Shown piece after piece: positions 62,401 to 64,000 of a stretch of DNA of 64,000 bases; within the stretch, counting starts at the first letter, position 1; the number at the start of each line of letters is the position of its first letter. The notes under the pieces were generated by a model. It was not told the DNA's origin. It did not search any database and worked only from the letters and a program-made list of their open reading frames with translations. The translations under genes and the position numbers were made by a program. The stretch is from Aplysia californica (taxonomy: Eukaryota), in assembly GCF_000002075.1 (NCBI RefSeq), contig NW_004798385.1:71624-135623 (forward strand). Direction: 5' to 3'.

Positions 62401-62774
62401 ACCGCATATGACCTAACGGTAATGGAAGTCAAGAAAAAGTCTGACTTTATCAATGCACTTTTGCAAATCCAATCAGGCTTTCTCCCCAATGGCTAAAAGA
62501 AAACTGAAGGGCTCTGTTTTTAATTAATCGGAGTACTTGAGAGGTCTGCAATAGCAAGCTTAAGCACATCTCTGTGTCATCAACAGGATTGATGGGGAAC
62601 ATAAACACATCATCATACAGCACTTCTTCTACTAGCTACACACTACTCAAATGTTTGGCCTACATTTCTATGCCAAGGAACAAAATCATACAATAAACTA
62701 CACAGCATGCTCTCTACAATTATTCTTTTAAAAACATACCAAAAAATGTACAGCAAAGCAGATTCAAAATGTTA

Positions 62775-63060
62775 ATTGTTGTTATCAGAATACTGTCAGT
62801 GTCATAATCAGAATACTGTCAGTGTCATAATCAGAATACTGTCAGTGTCATAATCAGAATACTGTCAGTGTCATTATCATAATACTGTCAGTGTCATTAT
62901 TGTCAGCGTCATTATTATCATTAGAATATTTTCATTGTCCTTATCAGAATATTGTCTGTGTCATTATCATCAGAATATTTTCATTGTCCTTATCAGAATA
63001 TTGTCTGTGTCATTATCATCAGAATATTTTCATTGTCATTATCAGAATATTGTCAGTGTC
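62775..63060. repeat. 23-bp minisatellite with derived variants
   Basis: TCAGAATACTGTCAGTGTCATAA repeats, grading into TCAGAATATTTTCATTGTCCTTA variants. Confidence 0.85.
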
Positions 63061-64000
63061 ACAAGAAAGACCAGTAACTCTGTCTGACCTGCTGGCTGAG
63101 AAAGTTAAGTAAAAATGATCAGAGTTACTTGTTGTTCTTGCGATAGCGACGATAAGCCAAAGAACGTTGTGGAGAATAATGTGTCAAATCAAAAAAGTAT
63201 TCACAACTGGGAACCACGCTGGTCTGGCAGGTTGAAGCGACTGCGCAGGAAAGGGGAGAGCACCACTGGGGGGACAACTTATAAAGCGGAACATTGTCGG
63301 TAAAATATACAACAGCTGTGTCCAAACTGAAAGCACAGTGATTAGACTTTGATTATCTGACAGAAGAAGAGGTAATCAATATAATATGCAATTCGTTAAG
63401 TGTATTGTGCAGCAGAGAGAGATATATATGGCAACCAAAGGACTAAAATTGAGATAAATGTAAAAAAAGCAAACATTGGCAAAAGGTAAGGAAGCATCAT
63501 GGCTTGCATTCGCTTAAAAACAAGAGAGATTATGGCAGGCGCAGAACAAATTACGTGACGTGAAACAGAAACACAGGGTGAGAAGGTACACTGGGATAGA
63601 TGGCGAGAGTCCACAGCGCTGTGCTATTTATAGTATAGCCTCTGGGACCTGGTTAACAGGAGAGCCACTGGGATTGTGTGAAAGTTCCTGAACATTTACA
63701 AAGTTGCATTTGCAAATGAAAAGACAGTTCATAGACACAACTGAATATAGCATTAAGCAAAAAAGAACAAATGCTTAGAATTATAAGTGTTCTTCTGATG
63801 AAAGGGAAAAACCGGCATCCCTGACTGAATAAGGATTTCATGCGTAGCGATTGTTCTGAACTTTCACTTCAAACATTGTACAGCCCTCACACAGCACGGC
63901 TCTGATTTTTAAAAAAAGTTTTAGTGTAAGTGTTTGACAGCACTTGCAACACAATAAGGTTATATAAGTGCTGAACATTAAAGGTGTTACAAGAGAGTAA

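Overview
Eukaryotic, intron-rich invertebrate genomic DNA with three N-gaps. It is probably a lophotrochozoan, most likely a mollusc (inferred from the repeat content, not proven). I reconstructed four spliced genes by hand with frame-consistent GT-AG junctions: (1) a BMP type I receptor of the ALK3/6 (BMPR1/thickveins) class on +, 10 exons, 5' signal-peptide exon not found; (2) mitochondrial thiamine pyrophosphate carrier SLC25A19 on -, 5 coding exons, 321 aa; (3) CDK1 on -, 7 coding exons, 306 aa; (4) POLDIP3/SKAR on +, 9 exons, 539 aa, head-to-head with CDK1. The rest is introns and UTRs containing many copies of a ~180-bp headless retroposon, several tRNA-derived SINE families (one MetaSINE-like), RTE LINE remnants, MITEs and minisatellites. 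I found no CRISPR array, rRNA or intact tRNA gene, and no unambiguous new multi-gene system. The most notable observations are a 16-copy minisatellite built from the BMPR1 5' splice site, the sense-biased and exon-adjacent headless retroposon with a shared 3' hairpin, TCTAGA/AGATCT/TAGGCCTA palindrome clusters at gene 5' ends, and a gene order that may record the spiralian H+Q chromosome fusion. Most ORF-track entries are spurious.
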